Positions 7,262 through 17,371 are shown, counted from the stretch's first letter. The stretch: DNA of 64,000 nucleotides from a virus (IMGVR_UViG_3300042879_004946:1-64000); one strand, 5' to 3'. Notes: generated by a model from the letters alone, not told the origin. Numbers and translations: made by a program.

Positions 7262-8923
7262 TTGTTTTTTAGTTTATTATTATTATATTTGTTTCATACT
7301 TATAAATATATGATAAACGAATATTTTTTATTTTTTATGGATAATAAATCTGGTTGGAAAACCAACGAAAAAAAATTATCCAAAAAAGAACCAAAAATTT
7401 ATGAAGAAGTTAAAAAATTTATTGAAAATAATTCTTTAAACTATTTACCTTTTCAACAACAAGTTTGGCACTTTATTAATAAATATACAGAAATACCAAA
7501 ATGTGCAGAATGTAATAAAGAATTAATTTTTAAAAGAAGTTTAAAAGAAGGATACGGAAAATATTGTTCTTTAAGTTGTACTAATAAAAATAAAGAACAT
7601 ATTGAAAAATCTAAAAAAACTTGGTTAGGTAAATTTGAAGAAACACAAAAAAAAATCAAAAAAACAAATAAAGAAAGGTATGGTGTAGAAAATACATATC
7701 AAAATTTAGAATTAGTAAAAAATGGCTTTATAAAAAATCACGGTGTTGATCATGTATCAAAAGTTGAAGGTGTCACTGAGAGAAAAAAGTTAACTAACAT
7801 GGAAAAATATGGAAAGACAACAATCCTATCAACACCAGAAGTATTGGGTAAAACACATGATACTAGAAGAAAATACTTTATTGAAAAATATGATAAATTT
7901 AATTTTATAACACATACTGGTGATACTTTAAATATTCTTTGCCAAACATGTAATAAAAACTATGATATTCATCGTAATAGTTTTAGATATCGTGTTTTAG
8001 TAGGTGTTAATCCTTGTACGTTGTGTAACCCAATAAATGAATCAGTTTCTATTCAAGAAAAAGAATTACAAAAATTAATAACAGAGATAACCGATGGGAA
8101 TTGTTTGCTTAATGATAGAACCTTAATATCCCCCAAAGAATTGGATGTTTTTATTCCTAATAAAAACATCGCAATAGAATATAATGGTGTTTATTGGCAT
8201 AATGAATTTTTTGTTGAGAAAGATTACCATTTAAAAAAGTATTTAAATTGTAAATCTAAAAATGTTGATCTAATACAAATCTTTCAAGATGAATGGGAGG
8301 TTAAAAAAGACATTGTAACTTCTTTAATAAAAAATAGGTTGGGGATTAATGGTAAAAATGTAATATATGCGAGAAAGTGTGAGATAAAATTGGTGGACAA
8401 TAAAGAACATAATGATTTTTTAAATAAAAACCATATTCAAGGAAAAGTTAATTCTTCAGTTAAGTTAGGTTTATATTATAAGGATGAATTAGTGTCATTG
8501 ATGACATTTGGTAGGCTTAGAAAATCTTTAGGTTCTAAACACGTTGAAGGTGAATGGGAGTTGATAAGATTCTGTAATAAGTTAAATTACAATGTTTTAG
8601 GTGGGGCTTCTAGGTTATTTAAATCTTTTATAAAAACGTATGACCCTAAAAAAATATTATCTTTTTCTGATAATAGGCTTTTTAATGGTAATATGTATAA
8701 AGTATTAGGGTTTGAGTATGAGGGGTATTCGAAACCGTCTTATTTTTATGTTATAAACGGAATTAGGTACCATAGATATAACTTTAGAAAAGATGTTTTA
8801 GTTGCTGAAGGTTACGACAAAAATAAAACCGAACACCAAATAATGGAAGAAAGGGGTATACCCAGAATATACGATTGTGGCAATAAAAAATGGGTTTGGA
8901 AACCCCAAACCCATCTTCTATAA
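7262..8923 (+). CDS. Free-standing putative homing endonuclease, paralog 2 (true start probably 7310 or 7337)
   Basis: ELDVFIPNKNIAIEYNGVYWH, IFQDEW, WELIRFCNK, IYDCGN; KT..ERYGV repeats. Confidence 0.7.
   Translation: MFFSLLLLYLFHTYKYMINEYFLFFMDNKSGWKTNEKKLSKKEPKIYEEVKKFIENNSLNYLPFQQQVWHFINKYTEIPKCAECNKELIFKRSLKEGYGKYCSLSCTNKNKEHIEKSKKTWLGKFEETQKKIKKTNKERYGVENTYQNLELVKNGFIKNHGVDHVSKVEGVTERKKLTNMEKYGKTTILSTPEVLGKTHDTRRKYFIEKYDKFNFITHTGDTLNILCQTCNKNYDIHRNSFRYRVLVGVNPCTLCNPINESVSIQEKELQKLITEITDGNCLLNDRTLISPKELDVFIPNKNIAIEYNGVYWHNEFFVEKDYHLKKYLNCKSKNVDLIQIFQDEWEVKKDIVTSLIKNRLGINGKNVIYARKCEIKLVDNKEHNDFLNKNHIQGKVNSSVKLGLYYKDELVSLMTFGRLRKSLGSKHVEGEWELIRFCNKLNYNVLGGASRLFKSFIKTYDPKKILSFSDNRLFNGNMYKVLGFEYEGYSKPSYFYVINGIRYHRYNFRKDVLVAEGYDKNKTEHQIMEERGIPRIYDCGNKKWVWKPQTHLL
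8885..8914 (-). terminator. Terminator for the minus-strand 825-aa gene, embedded in the endonuclease 3' end
   Basis: 10-bp stem ATGGGTTTGG/CCAAACCCAT preceded by an A-run on plus (U-run on minus). Confidence 0.6.
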
Positions 8924-8936
8924 AAATTTATTTTTG

Positions 8937-11414
8937 TTAAGAAATTTTAAACATTAAATTTTTTATTTTATTAATTTCTTCGGTTAAAAGTGGATTTACT
9001 TTTTTAACTGATTCTTGTTTAGGTTCAGGTTTTGTTTTGGTGGGTTTTTTGGTTCCACCAATTTTAGTATCAGAGCTACTACTTAATTTACCCTGTCTTT
9101 TAAGCTTATACATATATTGGAACATATTCATAAGTTCGGTAATAAAACTAATCATGTTGTTTTTTAGATCACTTTTAGCTTTAGCTTTCTTACCTTTTCT
9201 TTCAACTAAGTAAGATTCACCCATAGAAACTTTATTAATATTCCCACCACCAAGGGTACCCATTTTACCAACCATACCACCGGCATCTTTAAAAGTCATA
9301 CCCCTGAATTTACCTTTATACACTATTTCTATTAACTCATTAATAAAGTTACCCATTGCCTCAACATTTTGAGGGTTACCTGGATCTACGTTAAATGTTT
9401 TAGTAAAATCCTTACTCATTATTGGGTTAGCTTTAAGTTTTTGGACAAATTTATCAATTACCTTATCACCTGTATTGTCCATTTTTTTAATTTTGTTTCT
9501 GATGATTTCAACACGGGTCATAAAACTTTCAAAAAATTTAAGTTTATTTTGGTCGATACCAGATTTTTGTTTTAAAATTTTTATTACTTCTGGGTCTTTT
9601 ATAAATTTACCTTCAGAAATTAAATTGTTGTTTGACATTTCGTTTATTAATTTATTATTTTTAATCATAGATTCAGAAAGTTGAGTACACCCTACAGAAT
9701 AAGTTCCTCCATCTTCTCTTTTAACTTTAACTTCACCTTTTTTAATTGAATCGTCTTCCGTGCTATTGGCAATAACTTCAACCGCTTTTCCGGCTTTTGT
9801 TTTTACTTTTTGACCTTTAGTAAATTTAGAACAAGGATTTTCTTTTAAATCTTCTTTTTTATCACCAAACAATTCAGGTGATGCCATTTTTCTATTGTTG
9901 TATGTAAACTTAAAGAATCCTGCTAAATCATTAAAAAGACCTTCTTTATTATTTTTCCCTTCACCACCTTTTTCTTCTTTTTTATTATCATCCTCTTTTG
10001 GTTGTTCAGGTAAAACTGGTTGATTTTGTTCAGTACCTTTAATCGGTTGAATAGAATTTAAAAGGTCTTGTAAAGTTTTAGCTCTTGATTGTTTCTGACC
10101 TTTCATTCTCATCAATTTAACCAACGCTCCAGTAGCTAAAACAGCAATACCTAGAGGGGCTAAAACAGAACCAACCGAGGCAATTTTTGTCGCCAAAACA
10201 GTACCCGCAGTACTACCAGCAACACCTTTTACGGCTTGTTTAATTAATACTTTTGCAGTAAAAGAAGCAGCTTTACTAATACCAAACAAGTTTCTACCCT
10301 GCTTCATGTCACCATAAGTGTCACCTTGGAACAACTCCCCAACACTTTTATTAGCGTTATCACCACCAACTAATTGCTGTAGTTTACTTACCTGATCCAT
10401 TGAATCACCGGCACCGTTACCATCGAACATGTGACTAACATTTTCAGCACCCATTTTGTTAACAAAATTAGATACGTCAGCCCCAGTTTTCATTGGGTTA
10501 CTAGGGTCTATTTGATTTGCCCAATGAAGAAATCCTTTAGGATCACCACCACGTCCACCTGTAAAAGTTTGATAAATAGCGTCTTCTCCAGGGATACCTT
10601 TTTTATTAAGCCACGATTCTAATAAAGTTTTTAACCAATCAGTTTGTGCTAACCAACCCAAAGTACCTAAAGAACCACCAACTGCGGTTAATATTAAAGG
10701 TAAATTATTAGATTTTAAGGTTTTCATTCTTTCACTATCTCTATCAGCTGCATCACCTTTTTTCGCTTGTAATTTTGTTCTTACATCTTCCGCTTCATCT
10801 TCGTTAATATCTTCTACTTCATCAGTTAAAAGTTCTGTATCTTTATCAACTTTTTCTTTTTCAGAATCCATTACAGAATATGCTGCAGATAAATCAACGT
10901 CCAAGAACTTTTTAACATATTCTCCCAAATCCTCAATAATGGTGTTTGCAGCATCAATAGGTAAAAACCCCTCTTCTTTGGGATCTTTTTTGGTTGCCAC
11001 AACAACAGAATCATAAACTGCAGAAATTTCTAAAACAGTATTTAAAAAATCTTGACCTTTTTTATTGTTAGGAAATTCAGGATTTTTTTCTTTTATACTA
11101 CTATTAAGAGCTTTAATCATTTCATTACCTTTTTTATCGATAATAGTTTGAATTTTAGCAGCCGCTTCTTGGTCTATTTTACCTTTACCTAAAATTTTAC
11201 CACCTGCTTTATATCTACCCAATTTAGATAAACCGTATTTTACCTTTTCCCAAAGACCTTCATTTAATGTTTCATACTCTTCTTTGGACAATCTATTTTC
11301 AAACAACATTTTGTTGCTTTTATTATATAAATCAACGACTTCCAAAAGATCTTTTAAATCTTTTTGAAATTGTATTTCCAATGATTTGTTTAAATCTTCT
11401 TTAGTTAATTTCAT
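8937..11414 (-). CDS. Large putative internal virion/ejection protein with two hydrophobic segments
   Basis: Several L/I-x-E sites (LFE, LNE, INE, ISE, LVE, LTE); hydrophobic LPLILTAVGGSLGTLGWLA and VLAPLGIAVLATGALV; lies between tube and sheath genes. Confidence 0.55.
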   Translation of the reverse strand: MKLTKEDLNKSLEIQFQKDLKDLLEVVDLYNKSNKMLFENRLSKEEYETLNEGLWEKVKYGLSKLGRYKAGGKILGKGKIDQEAAAKIQTIIDKKGNEMIKALNSSIKEKNPEFPNNKKGQDFLNTVLEISAVYDSVVVATKKDPKEEGFLPIDAANTIIEDLGEYVKKFLDVDLSAAYSVMDSEKEKVDKDTELLTDEVEDINEDEAEDVRTKLQAKKGDAADRDSERMKTLKSNNLPLILTAVGGSLGTLGWLAQTDWLKTLLESWLNKKGIPGEDAIYQTFTGGRGGDPKGFLHWANQIDPSNPMKTGADVSNFVNKMGAENVSHMFDGNGAGDSMDQVSKLQQLVGGDNANKSVGELFQGDTYGDMKQGRNLFGISKAASFTAKVLIKQAVKGVAGSTAGTVLATKIASVGSVLAPLGIAVLATGALVKLMRMKGQKQSRAKTLQDLLNSIQPIKGTEQNQPVLPEQPKEDDNKKEEKGGEGKNNKEGLFNDLAGFFKFTYNNRKMASPELFGDKKEDLKENPCSKFTKGQKVKTKAGKAVEVIANSTEDDSIKKGEVKVKREDGGTYSVGCTQLSESMIKNNKLINEMSNNNLISEGKFIKDPEVIKILKQKSGIDQNKLKFFESFMTRVEIIRNKIKKMDNTGDKVIDKFVQKLKANPIMSKDFTKTFNVDPGNPQNVEAMGNFINELIEIVYKGKFRGMTFKDAGGMVGKMGTLGGGNINKVSMGESYLVERKGKKAKAKSDLKNNMISFITELMNMFQYMYKLKRQGKLSSSSDTKIGGTKKPTKTKPEPKQESVKKVNPLLTEEINKIKNLMFKIS

Positions 11415-11464
11415 TTTTTGTATATTTATTTTTATATAAATATTTGCTTTTTAAATAAAATTAT

Positions 11465-11495
11465 TTTGTAAATAATCTTTTTATATTTATCTTTG
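11465..11495 (+). promoter_or_regulatory. Bacteroidota-type promoter
   Basis: TTTG 11465-11468, N19, TATCTTTG 11488-11495. Confidence 0.75.
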
Positions 11496-11514
11496 TAAAA
11501 CCAAATTAACAACA

Positions 11515-11766
11515 ATGGAAACAAAACCAAAAATCAAAAATCAAATTAATCAGTGGTCAAAATGGTCTGTTATCTATTTATTGATTCTTTTAATTAATTT
11601 ATTCGCAATCAAAATTGGTGATTCCTCTACTGTTATTTATTTTTTAAATTTTTTAAACGTTATCTTTTTTGGTTATAAATCTGTTGTCGCAGTTTTTGAA
11701 CGCGAATTTTGGGCGGACATTTATAAAAACCCAACAATGAAAGACGATTATTTTAATTTACCTTAA
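11515..11766 (+). CDS. Small two-TM membrane protein in its own transcription unit
   Basis: Two hydrophobic stretches; host-type promoter and terminator flank it. Confidence 0.7.
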   Translation: METKPKIKNQINQWSKWSVIYLLILLINLFAIKIGDSSTVIYFLNFLNVIFFGYKSVVAVFEREFWADIYKNPTMKDDYFNLP

Positions 11767-11770
11767 ATAA

Positions 11771-11797
11771 AAAAAACCCCTCACTGAGGGGTTTTTT
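11771..11797. terminator. Bidirectional terminator
   Basis: AAAAAACCCCTCA-C-TGAGGGGTTTTTT palindrome between convergent genes. Confidence 0.8.
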
Positions 11798-11816
11798 ATT
11801 GATTAATTTTAAAAAA

Positions 11817-12329
11817 TTATTTAAAAAGGTTTCTAAAAAAAGATTTTTTCTCTTGTGGAGATTTTGTAACCAATTCTTTTTCCATTGATTTAACATCTTT
11901 TGGTGCTGGAACGTCAGAACCAAAAGTGCTCTTCCAGGCCGCTACAGCCGCACCAATAGCGAGACCAGCACCGGCTAAAAATTGTGCAAGTGGTACAGCT
12001 CCACCTGTGGCAAATTCACCTAGAGCCTCTTTCACCATTTTTGGTTTACTCATATAAGAAGTTTTTCCCTTTCCTTTTGCCATATGTTTTTTAGCCTCAG
12101 GAGCTTGAGATAATTTTTTCTTCATTGGTGATACAGAAGGCATACCTTCAGATTGGTCTACGATTTTACCTGAAATTTTATTTTTAACATATTTTTTAGC
12201 CTCAGGCCCTTGTTTAGGAATCATATTTTTAACTGGAGTTTTACCGTTATTTTCTGTTGATTCCATTACGAAATTTTCAACAACCATTTCAAGTTGTTCT
12301 TTAGTGATTTTGTATCTTGTGTTTCCCAT
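11817..12329 (-). CDS. Leader-bearing basic protein with hydrophobic C-terminal helix
   Basis: YKITKEQLEMVVE leader; Q(G/A)PEAKK repeated twice; LAQFLAGAGLAIGAAVAAW. Confidence 0.7.
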   Translation of the reverse strand: MGNTRYKITKEQLEMVVENFVMESTENNGKTPVKNMIPKQGPEAKKYVKNKISGKIVDQSEGMPSVSPMKKKLSQAPEAKKHMAKGKGKTSYMSKPKMVKEALGEFATGGAVPLAQFLAGAGLAIGAAVAAWKSTFGSDVPAPKDVKSMEKELVTKSPQEKKSFFRNLFK

Positions 12330-12337
12330 TTTTATTT

Positions 12338-12892
12338 TTATTTTTTAGGTGTGTAATTTACTAATTTATTGAAGTTACTTAGTTCTTTTTGAATATCTTC
12401 ATTGATTAAAGGTTTTCTAGAGTTTTTGGATTCATCAAAGGATGATAACGTATTTACTCTAGAATTAGGATCATTTTTTTCTAAAGATTTAAAAATATTT
12501 TTAGATGTATTCGAATCACATTTTATATAATGGTCACCAACAAATAAATCATACTTTCCTTTTCCTCTTTTTTTAGAGATTATCTGTTGGCTTTTACCTA
12601 TAGTGAAATTGTAACTTATTTGCAAAAAATCTGGCATATTTACATTACCCACGGCAGAAGATTTTAAATCCTTAATTTTTTCTGGATTATTCGTTATAAT
12701 GGTTAAAATTTTATCAGCGATTTGTTGATCGTCACCACCTTCACATTTACCCCCATAACAATTAAAAAGTCCCATATAATCTTCTCTTGATCCTTCTACC
12801 AAAGGTTTTTTAGGATTTTTAGATATACCGGCTTGTTTTAAAGTACTTTCAATAAGTACATCAATCATTTTCTTTTTTACAATTTTTGACAT
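12338..12892 (-). CDS. Leader-bearing hypothetical protein
   Basis: KKMIDVLIE, KPLVE, KPLINE motifs. Confidence 0.7.
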   Translation of the reverse strand: MSKIVKKKMIDVLIESTLKQAGISKNPKKPLVEGSREDYMGLFNCYGGKCEGGDDQQIADKILTIITNNPEKIKDLKSSAVGNVNMPDFLQISYNFTIGKSQQIISKKRGKGKYDLFVGDHYIKCDSNTSKNIFKSLEKNDPNSRVNTLSSFDESKNSRKPLINEDIQKELSNFNKLVNYTPKK

Positions 12893-12934
12893 AGTATTTT
12901 TTATTATATAAATATATTCATTTTTGATAAAAAT

Positions 12935-14419
12935 TTATTTTTTATAAATAAATTTCATATTACCACAATCCCAGATTCTATCAAAGCCTCTTTCTTGCAT
13001 AATTTGCCATTCAGTTTTATTAGAACCAAAACCTTCTGATATTAATTTTGCTTTTCTAAAATTAAAACGGTGATGCCTTTTTAATTGTGAAGATGGTTTA
13101 AAATACCAATAATTGGGGTTTGATAGGCCTAAAAATTTCATGTCACATTTATGGTAAACGGTTTTTTCATGGTTTAACCCTGACCACCTACAATCAGAAT
13201 AAGTCATAAAAGTTTTAATGCCCTCATTTTTTAAAACATAATTTAGTAGTTTATTGAACCCACCTCTTACTGAATGATAGCTTTTATTACAAAATCTAAT
13301 CAATTCCCAATTAGACTCTTTTGATTTTGTTATTTTTCTTTTACCAAAAGTCATTATTGAAACTAATTCGTTTTTATAAAATAAACCATACCTTATTTTA
13401 TCTTTTGCATCACCTTGTAAATGATTTTCTTCTAGAAATTTAATTTTAACTTCATTTGATATCTTTTTTATTTCACACTTTCTAGCATCTATTTTAATAA
13501 TATTTGAAAGTTTTAACTCATGGGAGAGTTTAGATAAAACAATATTTTTTTGATTAACAATTTCATCCTCAAAAATATGGATTAATTTTACATTTATTTT
13601 TTCCGTCATTTTTGATTTATTCAAATGATAATTTTTATCCTTACCAAGAAGCTCACCATGATAATAAAGACCATTTATTTCAATACCTAAATTATGGTCT
13701 GGTAAATAAAAATCGATTTCAAACGGATATATAATTTTTCTATTGTTTTGAATATATTTAATGTTGTTATTATTTAAAAATTCTTGTATAAATAATTGTG
13801 GCCTAGAATCTTTCTGTGATGGATGGCACTTACCACATCTTGGTATTATTCCACAACCCAATAAAGTACTAGTAAATTTATGATTACAAGCTAAACATTC
13901 AAATTCATACGGTAATGATGTATTACCATTTTTGTTGGCCGTATAATTAGAAAGTAATTTTAAACCATTAGATTCTAACTTTGGTAATAAATTTTTTAAA
14001 GTTTTTTGACGAACAGTTTCTTTTTGTTTATTAACCGATAATTCTTTGTTAGTGTTATCTATTGTTTTTTGGTGAATTTTTTTTACTTGCCATACATGGT
14101 CAACGCCGTATTTTTCTTTTACGGTATTTTTTATGTTTTGTAATCTTTTTTCTTTAACATCTTTTCTTTCTCCCCAAACTAAACGGCATTCATCAGAACA
14201 TAATTGTTTAAAATGATTTTTTTTAGTTTCAAACTTAGTACCACAAACTTTACATTCTCTTTCTTCTCTTATGGTTTTATCTTTACTTCTGCCTATTTTT
14301 ATCTTTCCTTGACGAGCATTTTCAAAATAGCAATTTCTGGAACAAAATTTTTTATCCCTAAATTTATATTCAGTTTCAAAATTTTGATTACAATGTTGGC
14401 AGGTTAATTCTATTTTCAT
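12935..14419 (-). CDS. Free-standing putative homing endonuclease, paralog 3
   Basis: CxxC..F...FCS..C zinc fingers, EIDFYLPDHNLGIEINGLYYH, HIFEDE, WELIRFCNK, IWDCGN. Confidence 0.7.
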   Translation of the reverse strand: MKIELTCQHCNQNFETEYKFRDKKFCSRNCYFENARQGKIKIGRSKDKTIREERECKVCGTKFETKKNHFKQLCSDECRLVWGERKDVKEKRLQNIKNTVKEKYGVDHVWQVKKIHQKTIDNTNKELSVNKQKETVRQKTLKNLLPKLESNGLKLLSNYTANKNGNTSLPYEFECLACNHKFTSTLLGCGIIPRCGKCHPSQKDSRPQLFIQEFLNNNNIKYIQNNRKIIYPFEIDFYLPDHNLGIEINGLYYHGELLGKDKNYHLNKSKMTEKINVKLIHIFEDEIVNQKNIVLSKLSHELKLSNIIKIDARKCEIKKISNEVKIKFLEENHLQGDAKDKIRYGLFYKNELVSIMTFGKRKITKSKESNWELIRFCNKSYHSVRGGFNKLLNYVLKNEGIKTFMTYSDCRWSGLNHEKTVYHKCDMKFLGLSNPNYWYFKPSSQLKRHHRFNFRKAKLISEGFGSNKTEWQIMQERGFDRIWDCGNMKFIYKK

Positions 14420-14471
14420 GGTAAAATATTTTTAATACGTATTACTACATATATAAATATCTTACAAATAT

Positions 14472-14501
14472 AAAAAAAGCCCACAATTTGTGGGCTTTTT
14501 T
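14472..14501 (-). terminator. Terminator after the tail sheath gene
   Basis: AAAAAAAGCCCACA-ATT-TGTGGGCTTTTTT. Confidence 0.8.
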
Positions 14502-14522
14502 ATTGAAAAAATAATACTTAGA

Positions 14523-17282
14523 TTAAATGTCATCGAAGGAAGCTCCTGTCGGTGTTACATTAAATTCAATGTAAATGTATTCAAGTGTTGGTACTGGTTT
14601 TAAGAAAATCTTACCACGTAACTCATTTCTATCGATTTCTTCAGGGTCGTTAGATAATTGAACTCTAAAATCGGCCAAACCTCTTTCTTTTCTAATGTTA
14701 TCCAAAATAGGATTTACAGAATTTAAGAATTGGTTTCTAACAATTTGATCGTTAGGTTCAAACAACAATCTAATACCAACCGCGGTAATTAATCTACGAG
14801 CTTGTAACAACAATCTTCTAATGTTAAGCCTGTTAAGAACGGAATCTTTAACTTGCATATTTTTATTACCCCAAATAACAACACCAACATCAGAATAAGT
14901 CGCCATAGGGTTAACACGACCTTCGTAAAGAACGTCTCTATCGGCCTCAGTTAATTTGGTTCTTGCTTTAATCGCGTTGGTTAAACCTCTGTTATAACCA
15001 GCAACTGCGTACCAAGGGAAGGTAATATTATCTGTTAATGCAATGTTTCTAACAACTTCCAATGTTGGCGGCAACCAAACGTTAACAGTATTTTCAGTAT
15101 CTCGTTCTTGAACCCATGGCCAATAAGTGGCGGTGTAGTTAGAATCAATATCTGCGGCGTCTAACAATGAAATTAAAGCGTCAGCAGAATCAACAGTTGC
15201 TTGATTAAAACCAAAAGCGGAAGTAACATCTGTATCATCGTAAACAACATTATCTGGTGCGGTTACAATATAAACAGAATCTGCTCTTTCTTGTTCCACC
15301 ATATCAATGGTTTCTTGTACAATGTAGTTATTGTTTGACCAATCGATACCTGGGGTTGCTAAAACGTTAATGTTAACTGCCTCAGGATTTGCGAAAGTTC
15401 TAATAGCGTTCCAATATGCGTATAAATCTGAAGTACCATCTTGTGGCCCTAGTTGTTGGAATTGACCACTTGCTAAACCTGCAGTAAATCCAGCTCTACC
15501 AACACGATATCTATCAGTGTTTGTTCTAGAAGTACGATAACAATCCCAACCATCAAATCCCCAATAAGGTACCAAGGTAAATTTCCTTGCGGTTGTGCTT
15601 TCATAGTCAGTACCTTCAGCATCTGTACTATTTTGGAATTGTGATTCACCGACATAGAAATTGCCTGCGACTGTTGCTCCAGAATCCATGTGGAAACCTT
15701 TTGTTGTTGCCGTCCAGTAAGTATCACTAGTAGTTAAACCTTTCCAGTTAAACATGTTTTGATCAATACCTACAGTATCAGAAATACCTAAGTAAACTTT
15801 TCTTACTCTTTCATTTTCTAAATCATAAGAAGTTTTATAGTGGATGAATGGTGCCAATGCTGACCCATAAGTCGCGACACGATAACCTTCAAAACCCGCT
15901 GCGAAAGCATCAATCGGTGCCTCTTCATTAACAACTGCCATAATGAATTTAGAATTTAAAACAAATTCACCATCAGCAGTACCAATCGCTCTTGCGATGT
16001 AGTTATTAGAAGAAGGATCCATAACACATTTTGGGAATGTTTCCAATATTGAAGGGTTTGCATCGGTATCACCCCAAGTTCTAACAATAACGTCAAATTC
16101 TTTAGTATCAAAATTTACGTTTCTAATAGAAATTTTAATTTCTTGGTTAGCTGCAGAACCATCAGAGATGGAAACAAATTTAAATAATTTAAACACTTGA
16201 TTACCACGAAGTTCCGAAACAATCCAAGGGGTTTCTGGTGTTTGATATTGTTGTCTGTAATTATCTAAAGTAGTAAGATAAGTTAAAGAGCTGTTAAGGC
16301 CTAAAATGTAATTGTTATCAATTAAATCTTGTAACATGTTAGGGTAAATTTGTTCAACATAGATTTTAGTATTTCTATCTTGACAATCTGTTCCTAAAAC
16401 ACCTGCAATATAATTTTGAGAAGTTCTGTCTAATGAAACTTGATAAATGGATGTGTTTGCTGATGAAGTTGCTGATAATGTAAATTGAGCTAACGAATTT
16501 GTTTGTGCATTTGTAAAGTTACCATTAACACCATTACTTGTTTCTAAGGTTGACCAAACTAAAGTATCCGTGTTGTATACCGCTCTTGGTCTTAGTACTG
16601 CTAATACCATGTTATCATATTCAGTATAAGCACTTGCGGTATAAGTTGTTACAGTACCTGAAACTGTACCTGAAGTTCCTGTTAAAGTAAGTTGTTGTAA
16701 GGTTGCTGAAACCCCACTAAAAGAAATTCCTGTAGTTCTATCAAAAACAATTCCTTCTGGATACACAGTAGTATCGTTTGGTACGTTTGCGGTTGTTAAA
16801 GTAGCTCCATTAGGGAATAAACCTAAATCATACAAATATTGTGCTTGTGGTGACCCAACCCCAGTAAAATTACTATAAGTTGTGCCAGTAAAGTTCGCCG
16901 TAAAGTTTGTAGTTGCACCTGTTACAATTGTTGACGGATTATAGTTTGCTCTAGAAGTTATAACCCAAGCACTTCCTGCGTCATAACCTGTTAAACCTAA
17001 AACTCTAGTTACGAATAACTGATTTGATTCCGTTAGGTAACTTTTTGCAATATAAGGTAATTCGTATTTCGGTACGTTATTACTAAATTTAGTGGGATTT
17101 TGACCACCAAAAATAGTTAAAAATTCATCATAATTTCTGATGAATATTGGCTCAAAAGCGGGACCTTTAAGGGTCTCACCGGCCAAACCCAATGTAGTTA
17201 CACCAACTTGTTGAGCGATAAATGTCAAATCTTTTTCTGATGTAAAAATACCTGGAGATACTAAAATTTTTTCTGCTGCCAT
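14523..17282 (-). CDS. Tail sheath protein (T4 gp18-like)
   Basis: VSPGIFTSEKD, KGPAFEP, YWPWV, PWYAVAGYNRG, LYEGRVNP, IWGNK, RLNIRRLL, LFEPND, LEYIYIEF. Confidence 0.92.
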   Translation of the reverse strand: MAAEKILVSPGIFTSEKDLTFIAQQVGVTTLGLAGETLKGPAFEPIFIRNYDEFLTIFGGQNPTKFSNNVPKYELPYIAKSYLTESNQLFVTRVLGLTGYDAGSAWVITSRANYNPSTIVTGATTNFTANFTGTTYSNFTGVGSPQAQYLYDLGLFPNGATLTTANVPNDTTVYPEGIVFDRTTGISFSGVSATLQQLTLTGTSGTVSGTVTTYTASAYTEYDNMVLAVLRPRAVYNTDTLVWSTLETSNGVNGNFTNAQTNSLAQFTLSATSSANTSIYQVSLDRTSQNYIAGVLGTDCQDRNTKIYVEQIYPNMLQDLIDNNYILGLNSSLTYLTTLDNYRQQYQTPETPWIVSELRGNQVFKLFKFVSISDGSAANQEIKISIRNVNFDTKEFDVIVRTWGDTDANPSILETFPKCVMDPSSNNYIARAIGTADGEFVLNSKFIMAVVNEEAPIDAFAAGFEGYRVATYGSALAPFIHYKTSYDLENERVRKVYLGISDTVGIDQNMFNWKGLTTSDTYWTATTKGFHMDSGATVAGNFYVGESQFQNSTDAEGTDYESTTARKFTLVPYWGFDGWDCYRTSRTNTDRYRVGRAGFTAGLASGQFQQLGPQDGTSDLYAYWNAIRTFANPEAVNINVLATPGIDWSNNNYIVQETIDMVEQERADSVYIVTAPDNVVYDDTDVTSAFGFNQATVDSADALISLLDAADIDSNYTATYWPWVQERDTENTVNVWLPPTLEVVRNIALTDNITFPWYAVAGYNRGLTNAIKARTKLTEADRDVLYEGRVNPMATYSDVGVVIWGNKNMQVKDSVLNRLNIRRLLLQARRLITAVGIRLLFEPNDQIVRNQFLNSVNPILDNIRKERGLADFRVQLSNDPEEIDRNELRGKIFLKPVPTLEYIYIEFNVTPTGASFDDI

Positions 17283-17371
17283 TTAATTTTATTTTTTTTT
17301 GGTTATTAGTTATTTCTTTTATAATAAATATTGACTTTTTTAACAAAGTTTTTTTTTAAAAATAAAATAGT

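Noticed and set aside
8937-11414. The 825-aa ORF as a compact Cas effector for the arrays
   Set aside because: No paired HEPN RxxxxH motifs or RuvC/HNH signatures recognised; composition and context fit a virion protein
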